Shown here piece after piece: positions 11,050 to 24,625 of a stretch of 64,000 bases of DNA. A model generated the notes under the pieces. It was given only the letters and a program-made list of their open reading frames with translations. It was not told where the DNA came from and did no database searches. The translations under genes were made by a program, and so were the position numbers. The DNA is from Haliotis cracherodii. Its lineage: Eukaryota. Each line of letters begins with the position of its first letter. Position 1 is the first letter of the stretch. The stretch covers positions 9,052,001 to 9,116,000 of the forward strand of contig NW_027266341.1 of assembly GCF_022045235.1 (NCBI RefSeq). The letters run 5' to 3'.

Positions 11050-11940
11050 AAACCATATGTCCGTGGGTGATATTGTGTCTCGAGAAATCAATGACTGGCT
11101 GATAATGACCCGGGCTACATTTCAGATTGAAATATTTTTTAATTCATACTTTTAGTCCTTGCTGAAAACTAACAAAACTACAAAATGGTAAGAAATACAC
11201 TATTTTACCATTGTGAAAAGCTTTTACATAATCAACAGAAAGCATACTCTTAAATAACTTTGAAACTCCACTTTCAGTTGCAAATTGCAGAAAACATAAT
11301 GCGAACAACATGGCTGCTCAATCACTTTCTCTGATACCTGACAGAGTGAATGATATTGTCAAAATAGATGGGAGCTTAGTTAGAAAACTTCAAGTTTCAT
11401 TCAGCCTCCCGGGACATTCAATAAATACAATGAACAGACACGTGATGCTGTGAAACAGGTCCATCGCAACCTTAATACCATGCAAGTACTCCCCGAATCA
11501 TGACAACGATATATATCTTACACAAGCAGTTATTGATGATACTTTTGGAGATAACTTTTTGGTGTCAAACAAAGCTGTATCTGCGATGCGAGGTTTGTGG
11601 AGGTTGGGGAGGACATTGAGTTGCTGATCAGCTAGAAGAACTGAAAACTGAAAACCTAGAAGTTAGAAATTTTGAAAGAATATCTCCCAAAGACCAAAAC
11701 ATGATTCTCTCAAAGTTTTGCATTGGCTTAAGAAAGGGTTTTGAGGAGGACTGCGAACCAACAGCACTCCTTGTTATTCTTTGCACTATATTCCCAGCAC
11801 GTACATACAATATTAACGAATGGTTATTAGGTTTATTGACTTACATGAGTGCATAAATTGTAATATCTTCGGATCGAGAGGGATGGAAATAATATATTTT
11901 CTACACTCGTGTCGTAAACGCATCAGTGAAAAAAATTATG
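11050..11940 (+). mobile_element. Crypton-like (tyrosine recombinase/DUF3504-associated) relic
   Basis: 11650-11770 translates EVRNFERISPKDQNMILSKFCIGLRKGFEEDCEPTAL, resembling the Crypton/KCTD1-type ExRxIExIxPxELxxxLxKFxxxxRKxDGxxYEPxSL motif. Confidence 0.5.
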
Positions 11941-12180
11941 TCCGATGCAATTCCCTATTTTGACTTATATGAACGGAACAACCATCTTGAACTTCCCACC
12001 ACAACAACCTTCTCTTCTTTCATTATAGATTTCAAAGAACAATTCCTATTTTGACTGGTACCATATGTTCCTCTTATTTTTTCAGAACGACAATTCACTT
12101 GCCTCTGCATGTGTTTGTGACGGGTGCCGCTCATCTTTTCGCGAACACCTGGCATCATCACTATTTGATTGTGATTTATA
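11940..12180 (+). repeat. Copy of the dispersed Penelope-like 3' fragment
   Basis: caattccctattttgac...tttgtgacgggtgcc...cacctggcatcatcac shared with the other copies. Confidence 0.6.
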
Positions 12181-12877
12181 AACATATGCTCATAGTGGGG
12201 TCGGAATAGTACACCCGGCTCTGTTTTGGGCAGAGATTTTGTATGAGTATGGAAAGGTTTTTGTCGCTTTAATTATCATAAATATGGAAACGGTTTTGTC
12301 GCTGTGATTTCAATTGTGAAAATGATAACCATAAGACAAAATGAAAAAGTGGTATTTAGCTGCAAGAATCCGCTGGTCGTGGTTCGAATCCCAAATTATA
12401 ATCGATATATCTGTCAGCACGACAACCCTTGTTCATGTGTTTCGATTTTGTGATAGACGTATTCGACCCACTTAAGACACTGTATTTCTCCAAAATCAAA
12501 CTTACACGCACTGAAATACGTGTACATATTTGACCCACCTCACTAACTCGTAATGTATAGGTTTAATCTACTGATTCGTGTAACCTCATTTATTTTAGAC
12601 GACAGGGAGCGAAAAACGCAAAACACTGCTTTTGGGAATATTGTCACGTCCACCATTGGAAAAATCGTCGCCATACAAGTAGACCAATTAATCATAGACT
12701 GAAGTGCAATTTCAGTGGATTGTCAATGTACAGTGAAATACCTAAATAACGATGACACACCCACAAAGACATTTGCGAAAGGCAAACTCTTCATAAATGT
12801 GATAACAATGGTAGTGGCACTTCAATACCAGAAGGTTCAGTCGTTATATCATTGACCCAATGACGATTTCCAAAACG

Positions 12878-13092
12878 TTTTGATTGTTTGTTGTTTAACG
12901 CCACACTCAGCAATATTCCAGCTATGTGACGACGGTCTGTAAATAATCGTGTCTGGACCAGACAATCCAGACGATTCAAGCAATTAAGATACGATGACAT
13001 GCATCAGCGAGCCTGACCACCCGATGCCGTTAGTCACAAGTATTGTCGAATTTTACGGCAATCATGGGTTGCTGAAGATCTATCCACGGGTT
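12878..13092 (-). mobile_element. Nin-domain-like SINE
   Basis: Reverse match to family; imperfect TSD TTTCCAMAA. Confidence 0.85.
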
Positions 13093-14615
13093 TCCACAAT
13101 AATGTAGCTATTTGTATGGACATTAATGTTGACTCTTTGAAAATATCACTATATAACTGAAAAAATGCCGATGCGAGATAAATTTTAACTAGTTTAAAAA
13201 TACTGTCCTAAATTTCAACACATACCAACGGGAGTATCGCTCCTTGCCATATACTCTGAAATGAATTCCCGAAGTCAACCATGTATCTTCATATATGTTC
13301 TCAACAGCCATGATGAAGATCGTCTGAGACAAATACAGGTCACAGCTGCATGTTATATATCCTGTCCTATTCAGCTCCCTCTCGGACAGCTATATTCAGA
13401 AATGAAAACGTCTGAAGTCGGATGAAATGAATATAACCATAGCATCTTCGCAGCTTCCCGATCTTTGCTGAGGATGAAAACTTGATTTCAGTATCTTATA
13501 AGGCTACATCCAGGATTCAGTATTATGAGAACCAATATCAACCGTCATGTTTTGAATGGCAAATTCTATACATAATTGACGAGATTGTCAGTTCTCAAAT
13601 GAAGCAAACCAATCGAATTTCACATTTATATTAGTCTTTTTCATGCGTAAATCAGTTAGATCCCTCCGACGGAATGGAATATTGCATTCCGACATCTATT
13701 GATCATGTCTGTAGAACGGGTTGTAATCTTGCTGTACATAACGCCAATATTCATGGCTTAATGTTCAGACATGGTTTGGGGTAAATAAGTACATCAGGCA
13801 CAACCAGCGCATATTGCCTACAGAATGGTTGAATAATGCATATTTCTAATTATAGTAGGCAGATCACTATGTCGAACGTTCGGTTTAATAAACATCTTAA
13901 TGAAGTTTGGGTACAATTGTCAATCGGTATGTTTGCGAGCCAGTGTCAACACTAATGTACAACAGAATGTACATTTAAACATGAAGATTCATGGTGCATC
14001 TGTGTAATATTCGGTTCTTGAGGATGAACCATGTCCATGTTAATGAAGGGGAACGTCAGACCTGAAGGTCCAATTCACTGAAGCACCTGAAGTAGAGATT
14101 TGTATCCATTCATGTTTACAGGATCCCTCGGGAGTTCGAGCTCGACATTTGCCCACCTATTTGTTCTTGTTTTGTTTTTTCGAAAAGCGTTAATGCGCTC
14201 AGTGCAACTTTCCCTCCCACAGATAGTACGAATAATTATTGACTACGTTTTAAAGTGATATTTAGCCACATTACCTCATCACTCATTACGGGTTTTTTCA
14301 TCATACATGTGTTCATTATTCCGCCTGCAACACACTCTACGAATGACAATTGTGAAATTAGTTTTATTTGTTTAAACGTAACAACCCAAGAAATATCCTT
14401 TCATGCCGTAAGTGATATCAAACACTGAGACTATCTAACCAAAAAGCCTTCTTAAATATACCCAGACATGAATTATAAAGTGCCAAATATCTGCAAGACC
14501 ACAATAGAGATGTTTTTTCAAGAAACGAATGCAAATGAAGGTCGGGACGTTAGGGCACAAATGCATTCTGTATGAGTATAGACCTTAGTTGAGATCGGGG
14601 GAGGCTGGTTTATTT

Positions 14616-16144
14616 GGGTATTCTCAAGACGACGACCCCTCGAATTTTTCCATTCGCAGGACGACGACCCGCCGGTACGCCTTTGATGTGTGGTGTTGTT
14701 TTAGGAGGGGATTAACTCCTTGGTTAGTGTCAAAAACTGAAATGTGTTCCCCGAATCTCCGAAACATAGTAGTCTGTCATCATTCTCGATATGGCAAACG
14801 CGCAGTTACAGTTCCGTTTCTTCCAACTGCACGCGGCAGTAGACACCTTTGTACTGGTGGCTACACCTACCGAGTTGGAAAACGGAAGAGGAATGACTGG
14901 ATCTCTTGGAAGTGCACCAACAAAGACTGTCGTTCCACAATATCGACAGTCAATGACATCATGACGAAAATGTGTTTAATTTTGTATATATTTTAGTGTA
15001 ATATGATATATGAAACATGTCCATATTAGCGCATATACCAAGTTTTTATTTCTTTTTTTCTATTTTCAGATAGACTTTGAAGCAGCTGCAAAGATAGCAG
15101 CCCTCGACGTCTTCCCCAATGCCACTTGGAAAGGCTGTTTTTTTCCATTACTCCCAGTGTGTGTGGAGAAAGGCTCAACAGGTCGGTCTCCAGTCAGACT
15201 ATGGTCAAAATCTTTGTTAAAAGATGTGCTGTTCTTCCCATGGTTCCAGTGGAAGAGGTTAATAACATCACATCTCACTGAAAAATGTTTAAACATTTAA
15301 AAGATATATTTTAAGATATAATTATATGTAAATTACTATATGGTTAACCTCAAAATGCTATAGTATGTAGCATTGAGAGTAAATAAGTTATGTTTCTTAT
15401 GGCAATATATATTATTATTACAATCCAATTATGATAATAATATATACCTACAATATTCTTTCTGTAATTACAGGTTGATTATGTATGGCTCCAGACAATT
15501 GCTGACATGACGAACGACCAACGTTGTGTCCAGCTCGGCGACTACGTCACCACAACCTGGGTTGAGACAGAGCAGGAGCCTTGGAACCATTTCAACGACG
15601 GCCCTCGCACCAATAACCACCTGGAGGGATGGCATGGGCGCTTAAAGAAAGTCATTGGCAAAGCCCATCCCAACATCTTTGAGCTGATAAGATTTCTAGG
15701 AGCTGAACAGCAGAAGACAGAGTTTAATCTGCTACTGTACCAGGCCGGCCAGCGTCTCCTACCAAAAAAGAAGAAGTTCTGTGATATACAACGCAGAATC
15801 GATCAACTGAAGACCAGACTGATCCAGAATGAAGTCAGCGTAATTTTCTTTGCTGACTCAGTGTCTCATCTTCTCAAACTGTCCTAATTGCCCATGACTT
15901 TTACGTCATCTTGTACATATACTTTCTAATTACTTGTAAATAAATCAATATTCCACCATTATTGTCTTTCTTTCGTCCGTTTCAAATCCATTTCCACTTT
16001 TTTACTTGTTCGAGTTGTTAAAATAACACTCGATACCCATTGTTTAACTAGATTGGAGGATTAAAATATTCGCAGGACGACGACCTCAATTTTTGCTAGT
16101 TTGTCTTCATACGACACGGGGGGTCGTCGTCCTGAGAATGAACC
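14616..16144 (+). mobile_element. Mutator-like (MULE) DNA transposon, internally deleted, intron-containing transposase pseudogene (copy 1)
   Basis: ~25-bp TIRs (..ATTCTCARGACGACGACCCC), 8-bp TSD GTTTATTT (14608-14615, 16145-16152), FLYWCH-like GGYTY..WKC, IDFE..GCFFHYSQCVWRK (frameshifted), WNHF..RTNNHLEGWH; AATAAA at ~15939. Confidence 0.93.
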
Positions 16145-16793
16145 GTTTATTTTAAACCAAATGTTCATTATTATTGTTAAACCCACAGTGAAGACAAGAG
16201 AATGGATGAAGAAAGCGACAAAGGTTACTTGAAAAAAAATCGCCAAATAATTAATTTCAATGTCATATCCGGAATGCTTCTTGCAAAACGACGTTAAATG
16301 TGTGTCCTTACCATTCGCAAATAGTCTTCTAAACATGATTGAGTGGATCATGATCTTGCAATTATAACAACCATGCATTCATTGACGTCATTGACCAATT
16401 TCTATTTGTCGTTCCTTTCCTGCGGTTTGAGGATCTATCTTTCGGATAGGCTGATTGTTTTGGATCTTGTTTTGTCGGATAATCGAGACTGGTAATGCTC
16501 AGGCTTTGACGTTTTATATTTAACAGATGTGGCTCAACACATATAAACATGTGTTAACTAAAAGCCACAATACACATTTCCATAATCGTACGATATATCC
16601 TTTTTCAACAAAGTCCATTGTGCAACTCCGACAATACAATATGCATGTGTTGATGGATCATTATCGAATAATGACGATACCAGGTGTTCGCGAGAAGGAG
16701 GGCTTATGCTATACCACCGGCCCGACACGTCACAAACACATGCAAATGCAAGTCAAGTGTTCACCTGGAAATACAAGAAAACATGTCAAAATA

Positions 16794-17129
16794 GGGTGAG
16801 GTGAAATTAGGATTAACGTCGCGTTCAAGATTGTTGCACTTATATAGCGACGTGCATGCACGTGTTTGTGTGGCTGCTTGTACTAGTCGGGACCAATGCC
16901 GATTTATAGTGCTTGCACACTGAGATACCATGCCGCAGTTTAACATGAATACCCAACTCAGACACAGTATACTGACTCCGAGCCGACCATTCCTTGTTTT
17001 AGCCCCTTAATGCCGGGTACACAACAAGTACCATCTTTAAACGAATTTTTATATGACACAGCCGTGGATCGAACCCCGTACCTTCCGCTCTCCGGGCGGA
17101 CGCTCTACCACTAGACCACAGAGGCGTTC
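16794..17129 (-). mobile_element. MetaSINE/MESC-like SINE nested in PLE-like fragment
   Basis: Family match; TSD GTCAAAATA (16785-16793, 17130-17138). Confidence 0.9.
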
Positions 17130-17224
17130 GTCAAAATAAGGAATTGTATCGGAGAGCATTTTTGTCAGTGATGTTTCAAATTTAGAAATGTCCTCCACAC
17201 ATTTACCATTAACAGCTGCACTGG

Positions 17225-17500
17225 GGTCGCGATTCCGGGATAGAATAGGTCTTCAGCAACCCATACTTGCTGTAAAAGGCGACTACGCTTGTCGTAAGAG
17301 GCGAATAACGGGATCGGGTGGTCAGGCTCGCTGACTTGGTTGATACATGTCATCCATCCCAATTGCGTGGATCGATGCTCATAACGCATGTCAATCACTG
17401 GATTGTCCGGTCCAGAATCGATTATTTTAACAGACCGTTGTCGTATAGCTGGAATATTGCTGAATGCGGCGTTAAACAACAATCAAACAAACAAACAAAT
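17225..17500 (+). mobile_element. Nin-domain-like SINE
   Basis: Duplicated cttgycgtaaraggcgact core, (AAAC)n tail. Confidence 0.9.
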
Positions 17501-20500
17501 CTTGATTGTTGTAACCCTGATAAAACAGTTCTTTGCCAGATACATATACGTTTTACCGTCTTTGAAATCTGCGTTGAAAGAGTATGCGCAAAGTTGTGAA
17601 ATGTTGACACCAAAGGTTGGACCTGGAATATTGCTATTAAATGATCGATATATGTGTAGGGTAATTTACATTTCTTTTTCATATTTCATTGTTTTGATTT
17701 TGCGAATCCGAGCAGAAATTCCTATTCTTATGCATAATATAAAGAAACAGATCAACAAGAAAAGGGAGTACAACTGGTGCCCAAATGGATGCCTACTTCT
17801 TGCCTAAGTACATGTATCTTATCCCAAAATGTCACATAGATCTTGTCAATGAGGAAGTCTAGCATTTCGCATATTATTTTCTGAGTAAAATTCAGATGGC
17901 ATTTGCTTTCCATGTTGACTATCTATGGTCAGCACGTATATTGCCAAATGCCCCATGGATCATAGAATGAATTTTATCGTTTGGGACAGTTGTGTACACG
18001 GTTGAAAAATCAAATGTTTTAACATGATTGAACTCAGATCTTTCCTGAGATTGCAAAGTTCAAGCAAATACTTGGAGCTTATGCGAATTCGAATCGCTTT
18101 CCTTGATAGTATTAAACATTATGGCTAATCTTTTAGAATGATTTGGTGGTACATTTACTGGTCATACATCAATAAATCACTCTTTTTACGGATTTTTATG
18201 AAACTTTGGAAAGCAGAACAAAAGAGGAATTGACATGTCTTCGGGTTTTAGAGTCGAGACAAAAGTTAATAGCACCGATGCGTGATTTGGTCATATTTCT
18301 TCTTCAGTCAACAGTTGATTTTCCTAGGGTCCGAAACATCGACCATTTTCACTTGTTTTATCCATACTGATTGATCACCTCAATCGGCCAATGTAAGAAA
18401 AATTAGTTAGATTGACTTAAATGATAATTGCGATACATATATTTCACACAATTGTGCAATCTTAAGATGTGACAATAATGAAAACTTGTCCTATTACATG
18501 GCCTTGAATAAAAGTACATTGCAAACGACATGTTATTTTGAGATAACTACGTGAAATGTCTGGTATAATCAATAGTGTGCACTTCAGTCCAACGATAGAC
18601 AAATGCAGCAATATGCAGCCTCTTTCCCAGTAGTTGTTTCTGTTTTCCAATATTTCGACCTTTAACATTCAATTCAAATATCGTATTCAAGATGTCCTCT
18701 GGAGCATTTACCTTTTTCTAAGATGTATTATTATCTAAAATCTTGTAATTTAGTCAAATTTCCCAAACAAAGAAAGAATGGTTTAGCGTGCATTTAATTG
18801 AGCAAGGGTTTTTTCTTAACCACGGCGCCAACGGCGAGTCATACAGGGAGATCACTCACCTTACGTAATTGTACAGTTTAATAATACAAACAATAGTTGT
18901 GTTGGCCTGCACATTTGGAGAAAATGGATAGAAATGTCATACAGTGGTATGACGTCAACGCAACACATGAGTCAAGAAACATTCATTTAACGGGGTTTTT
19001 ATACAAGCACTGCAACTAAACTGTGAATTTTCTTTATCCGTATGCTGTCATTATAAGCGTAGTGTTTTCCTTAGTAGCTATATAGTATTTAACTCTTTTA
19101 ATTCCAACATTACATGTTCAAATATATATGTATATAATGTATACGTAAGCGTATAAGAACACGGGAAACATCAACTATATAAACGTGCATCAAACCATCA
19201 TTGGCGTTTTTTAGTTTTCACTTCAGTAGTGTTTTTTTGTGGAGAGAATCAATACATCATTGGGTGAACACAGGAGTTACAACTTTCTTTATAAAGTAAA
19301 TATGTCATGGAACCCATTTTGGTAACGGCACGCAGAACGGTAGTTTCGGAATCGGGAAGACATATTCAAAGGTCTGGATTTATAATCGAAGAAATCGTGG
19401 ATTAGAAAGGCAAATTCTAAAATGGTCTTTGGCTACAAGAAACTGTTCCACTTATATAGAATCATACACCCTACAGTGTAAATACACAAGATGTCTGTTA
19501 AAGACGTATACGTACAAATTACGCACAAAACCATGACTTCTCAATTAGTACCCAGTGTCGGATTTCGGTAACTGTGTTAATCTGGATTACATTACGCACA
19601 ATCATGGGCTGCAGGAAACAAATATAATTTGGTTTTAACTGTCATCGTCACAGAACGCATGAAGACTTACAATAACAACTGGCCTAAACACATCACATGG
19701 AAATTCCCTGTCCTGTCACGTCATCAGTGCAATACAGGGGGAGAATTTAACTGAGTAACTATTATAGAGTTCTTTGTGTATTTGTTTCACAAAGTCTTCC
19801 CTCAAGCCAAATGGGACCGTTTGGTGGTTATCGTTAAGGCTCTTCAGGTGGTAGTAAGAAAAAAGCTAACATGTTTTCATTTCGGGACTGTATAACTGCG
19901 CATCTGGCCAAGTAACTGGCACATCTACGTCTGTTGCGCCATGCTTGTGTCTTGGGACGCTGGGATCGCGATGGGATCACTAATCGAATGCACATGACAG
20001 TTTCGCTTTCAATTTATATTACATTTGAAGATTGATATTTAAATTACACACATGAACATGACGATGCATTGACTGTACATATGAGAGATTTGTTAAATGT
20101 TTGTTTTTTTCCTAAATGGATAATCTTTATCAATTTCACCAAACCGACCTATCTGTCCAGAATACAATTAATCCAACGCCACCCATACCGCATCCATAAC
20201 TCGACTTCGGGCAGAGGGACAAAGAACACCTCCACTTCGATAGGAGATAGCTTTCAAGTAATGAGTAATCTTGCGGAGGAATTGAATAACGATGGCATTC
20301 TATCTCAGTAAATGCAATTTACAGCAGTACCGTTGATTCAAATGGTTCTGGTATTACACCATTATATTGTGCCCAGTACAAAATGTGCAATAGTGTTCGT
20401 AGTGGATATCATGCAGCCATCGTTTCGCTTTTTTTGTGACAACATCGTATTCAATTTATGACAGTCGTGACGGGAAATAGCCGCAGTGAACGCAATGCGC

Positions 20501-20899
20501 AAATAATGTCGCAGCATTTGTCGCACATCGGTTTTAAAACTCTTCCCATTACGACGAGTTGATTGTATTATGGAGTACGTTCCAAATGCCAAGTACCCAT
20601 CACATTAACTTAAGTTAGGTTTTTTTTGTTAATTTAAGAGCTTTTGACATTGAAGACAACTTTGTTAGTGATGATCGATTACATGTTATATTTACCAATT
20701 ATTATCACCAATTTCAAAAGTAATCTCGTTTTGTGTCACAAATGCTTTTTAGAGTTTAAAACGGTAAGGGAAAGTCATGTATGACTGAAATAATATTTTA
20801 CAGGTTGATGTTAAAGTTGACGTTTATATCACGTCTGTCTACATGTGACTGGATAGAAAATGTATTAAATATATTTGTGTTACTGTTAATAGCTCAGAA

Positions 20900-21200
20900 G
20901 AGTTATCGATTTACTCATGTCTCTAACCTTTGTTACAGATAATCAAGAATGTGGTTACAAGAGATGATGAGTAATAAACGTGACTTCTGAACCGTTATCG
21001 AAGATGCCATATAAGGAAATATGAGTAACAATTCTTCAAACTCAGGACATTTTGAAGCTAATGATAACGTAGGGTTCATATAATCATTGCAGGCACAAGG
21101 TGGTGTATCGTGTGCCAACTTTTGAAACCTGATTTCTTTAATATTTCAGTCAACGCTTCATGTAGTTCTCCATACTTACAAATGTCGGTTGTCTCTATAT
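20900..21200 (-). mobile_element. Decayed I/Nimb-like LINE 3' fragment (zinc-knuckle region); duplicated at ~28580-28890
   Basis: HDTPPCAC...KCPEF resembles the I-clade C-terminal CCHC region. Confidence 0.35.
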
Positions 21201-23102
21201 TCTTGTAACATAATACTTTTTGAGAAAATAGGAAAACTAACCTTTCTATATAATTTGATAAAATGCAATGAATTCGTCACATGAAAATAATCACATTATT
21301 ATCAACAAGAAAGGGGTAGCAAATTAGGAATTCATACGAAGAAACACGATTTAAGGTTCCACAAATAAAGCAAACACACGCAAGTACATTTATTTGGTTC
21401 ATATGCTGTGCGGCATCAGGCAACTAACAAATCTTTGATGAAATTTGTGTGATTGGTTGGTCGACAGATTTTTCGGCTGATAATCGAGGCTGAATTTATG
21501 GTATACACGTGTCCGCTTTGTTGTAAGTTGTTCAGTTTAATTCTAACGAAACCCCTAAATTCATAAAATGTGTTAGAAAATGTGTCAGAATAATGAAAGG
21601 GAGACCGCGACCTGAATAGCCTACCGCGCTTATTCCACGGGGTTCTAACGTAACGGAGTTTATGGCCTCGGTAAGTTAAATAAAAGATCGTCTGAGACAA
21701 ATACAGGTCACAGCTGCATGTTATATATCCTGTCCTATTCAGCTCCCTCTCGGACAGCTATATTCAGAAATGAAAACGTCTGAAGTCGGATGAAATGAAT
21801 ATAACCATAGCATCTTCGCAGCTTTCCGATCTTTGCTGAGGATGAAAACTTGATTTCAGTATCTTATACGGCTGCATCCAGGATTCAGTATTATGAGAAC
21901 CAATATCAACCGCCATGTTTTGAATGGCAGATTCTATACATAATTGACGAGATTGTCAGTTCTCAAATGAAGCAAACCAATCGAATTTCACATTTATATT
22001 AGTCTTTTTCATGCGTAAATCAGTTAGATCCCTCCGACGGAATGGAATATTGCATTCCGACATCTATTGATCATGTCTGAAGAACGGGTTGTAATCTTGC
22101 TGTACATAACGCCAATATCCATGGCTTAATGTTCAGACATGGTTTGGGGTAAATAAGTACATCAGGCACAACCAGCGTATATTGCCTACAGAATGGTTGA
22201 ATAATGCATATTTCTAATTATAGTGGGCAGATCACTATGTCGAACGTTCGGTTTAACATCTTAATGAAGTTTGGGTACAATTGTCAATCGGTATGTTTGC
22301 GAGCCAGTGTCAACACTATTGTACAACAGAATGTACATTTAAACATGAAGATTCATGGTGCATCTGTATAATATTCGGTTCTTGAGGATGAACCATGTCC
22401 ATGTTAATGAAGGGGAACGTCAGACCTGAAGGTCCAATTCACTGAAGCACCTGAAGTAGAGATTTGTATCCATTCATGTTTACAGGATCCCTCGGGAGTT
22501 TGAGCTCGACATTCGCCCACCTATTTGTTCTTGTTTTGTTTTTTCGAAAAGCGTTAATGCGCTCAGTGCAACTTTCCCTCCCACAGATAGTACGAATAAT
22601 TATTGACTACGTTTTAAAGTGATATTTAGCCACATTACCTCATCACTCATTACGGGTTTTTTCATCATACATGTGTTCATTATTCCGCCTGCAACACACT
22701 CTACGAATGACAATTGTGAAATTAGTTTTATTTGTTTAAACGTAACAACCCAAGAAATATCCTTTCATGCCGTAAGTGATATCAAACACTGAGACTATCT
22801 AACCAAAAAGCCTTCTTAAATATACCCAGACATGAATTATAAAGTGCCAAATATCTGCAAGACCACAATGGAGATGTTCTTTCAAGAAACGAATGCAAAT
22901 GAAGGTCGGGACGTTAGGGCACAAATGCATTCTGTATGAATATAGACCTTAGTTCCAATCACTCAGCACCGCAAAAGAAGATGAAAGTAATTGCGTACAA
23001 AGAGGAAATGATTGGTAGGCTTATGTCAGTACATCAGCTTGTTACCTCGTTAAATGCCAACATACATGTCTTTGTGAGAGATCGGGGGAGGGTGGTTTAT
23101 TT

Positions 23103-24625
23103 GGGGTATTCTCAAGACGACGACCCCTCGAATTTTTCCATTCACAGGACGACGACCGCCGGTACGGCTTTGATGTGTGGTGTTGTTTTAGGAGGGAATT
23201 AACTCCTTGGTTAGTGTCAAAAACTGAAATGTGTTCACTGAATCTCCGAAACATGGTAGTCTGTCATCATTCTCGATATGGCAAACGCGCAGTTACAGTA
23301 CACGTTTCTTCCAACTGCACGCGGCAGTAGACACCTTTGTACTGGTGGCTACACCTACCGAGTTGGAAAACGGAAGAGGAATGACTGGATCTCTTGGAAG
23401 TGCACCAACAAAGACTGTCGTTCCAGAGTATCGACAGTCAATGACATCATGACGAAACAGTGTTTAATTTTGTGTATATTTTAGTGTAATATGATATATG
23501 AAACATGTCCATATTAGCGCATTTACCAAGTTTTTTTTGTTTTTTTTTTGGTTTTTTTTCTATTTTCAGATAGACTTTGAAGCAGCTGCAAAGATAGCAG
23601 CCCTCGACGTCTTCCCCAATGCCACTTGGAAAGGCTGTTTTTTTCCATTACTCCCAGTGTGTGTGGAGAAAGGCTCAACAGGTCGGTCTCCAGTCTGGTC
23701 AAAATCTTTGTTAAAAGATGCGCTGTTCTTCCCATGGTTCCAGTGGAAGAGGTTAATAACATCACATCTCACTGAAAAATGTTTAAACATTTTAAGATAT
23801 AATTATATGTAAATTACTATATGGTTAACCTCAAAATGCTATCGTATGTAGCATTGAGAGTAAATAAGTTATGTTTCTTATGGCAATATATATTATTATT
23901 ATAATCCAATTATGATAATAATATATACCTACAATATTCTTTCTGTAATTACAGGTTGATTATGTATGGCTCCAGACAATTGCTGACATGACGAACGACC
24001 AACGTTGTGTCCAGCTCGGCGACTACGTCACCACAACCTGGGTTGAGACAGAGCAGGAGCCTTGGAACCATTTCAACGACGGCCCTCGCACCAATAACCA
24101 CCTGGAGGGATGGCATGGGCGCTTAAAGAAAGTCATTGGCAAAGCCCATCCCAACATCTTTGAGCTGATAAGATTTCTAGGAGCTGAACAGCAGAAGACA
24201 GAGTGTAATCTGCTACTGTACCAGGCCGGCCAGCGTCTCTTACCAAAAAAGAAGAAGTTCTGTGATATACAACGCAGAATCGATCAACTGAAGACCAGAC
24301 TGATCCAGAATGAAGTCAGCGTAATTTTCTTTGCTGACTCAGTGTCTCATCTTCTCAAACTGTCCTAATTGCCCATGACTTTTACGTCATCTTGTACATA
24401 TACTTTCTAATTACTTGAAAATAAATCAATATTCCACCATTATTGTCTTTCTTTCATCCGTTTCAAATCCATTTCCACTTTTTTACTTGTTCGAGTTGTT
24501 AAAATAACACTCGATACCCATTGTTTAACTAGATTGTTGGATTAAAATATTCGCAGGACGACGACCTCAATTTTTGCTAGTTTGTCTTCATACGACACGG
24601 GGGGTCGTCGTCCTGAGAATGAACC
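23103..24625 (+). mobile_element. MULE transposon, copy 2
   Basis: Same TIRs and TSD GTTTATTT (23095-23102, 24626-24633); N-terminal frame MANAQLQYTFLPTARGSRHL intact here. Confidence 0.93.

Larger units (their letters stand above)
13450..19990 (-). mobile_element. Ancient decayed L1/Tx1-like LINE (ORF1 + APE-RT), interrupted by MULE, SINEs and a PLE-like fragment; second copy ~21820-27665
   Basis: Collinear degenerate motifs on minus strand: SDH-like (~18370), GPxxWKxN-like (~18320), SSKY (~18075), GIRQGCP-like (~17785), ISQ (~17600), LSGLQ (~17515), EINYLAI=IKYLGI (~16250), NVPD (~14550). Confidence 0.6.
13316..21347 (+). repeat. Segmental duplication, copy 1 (~8.0 kb)
   Basis: Near-identical to 21684-29036 from AAGATCGTCTGAGAC to CGAAGAAACAC. 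Confidence 0.97.
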
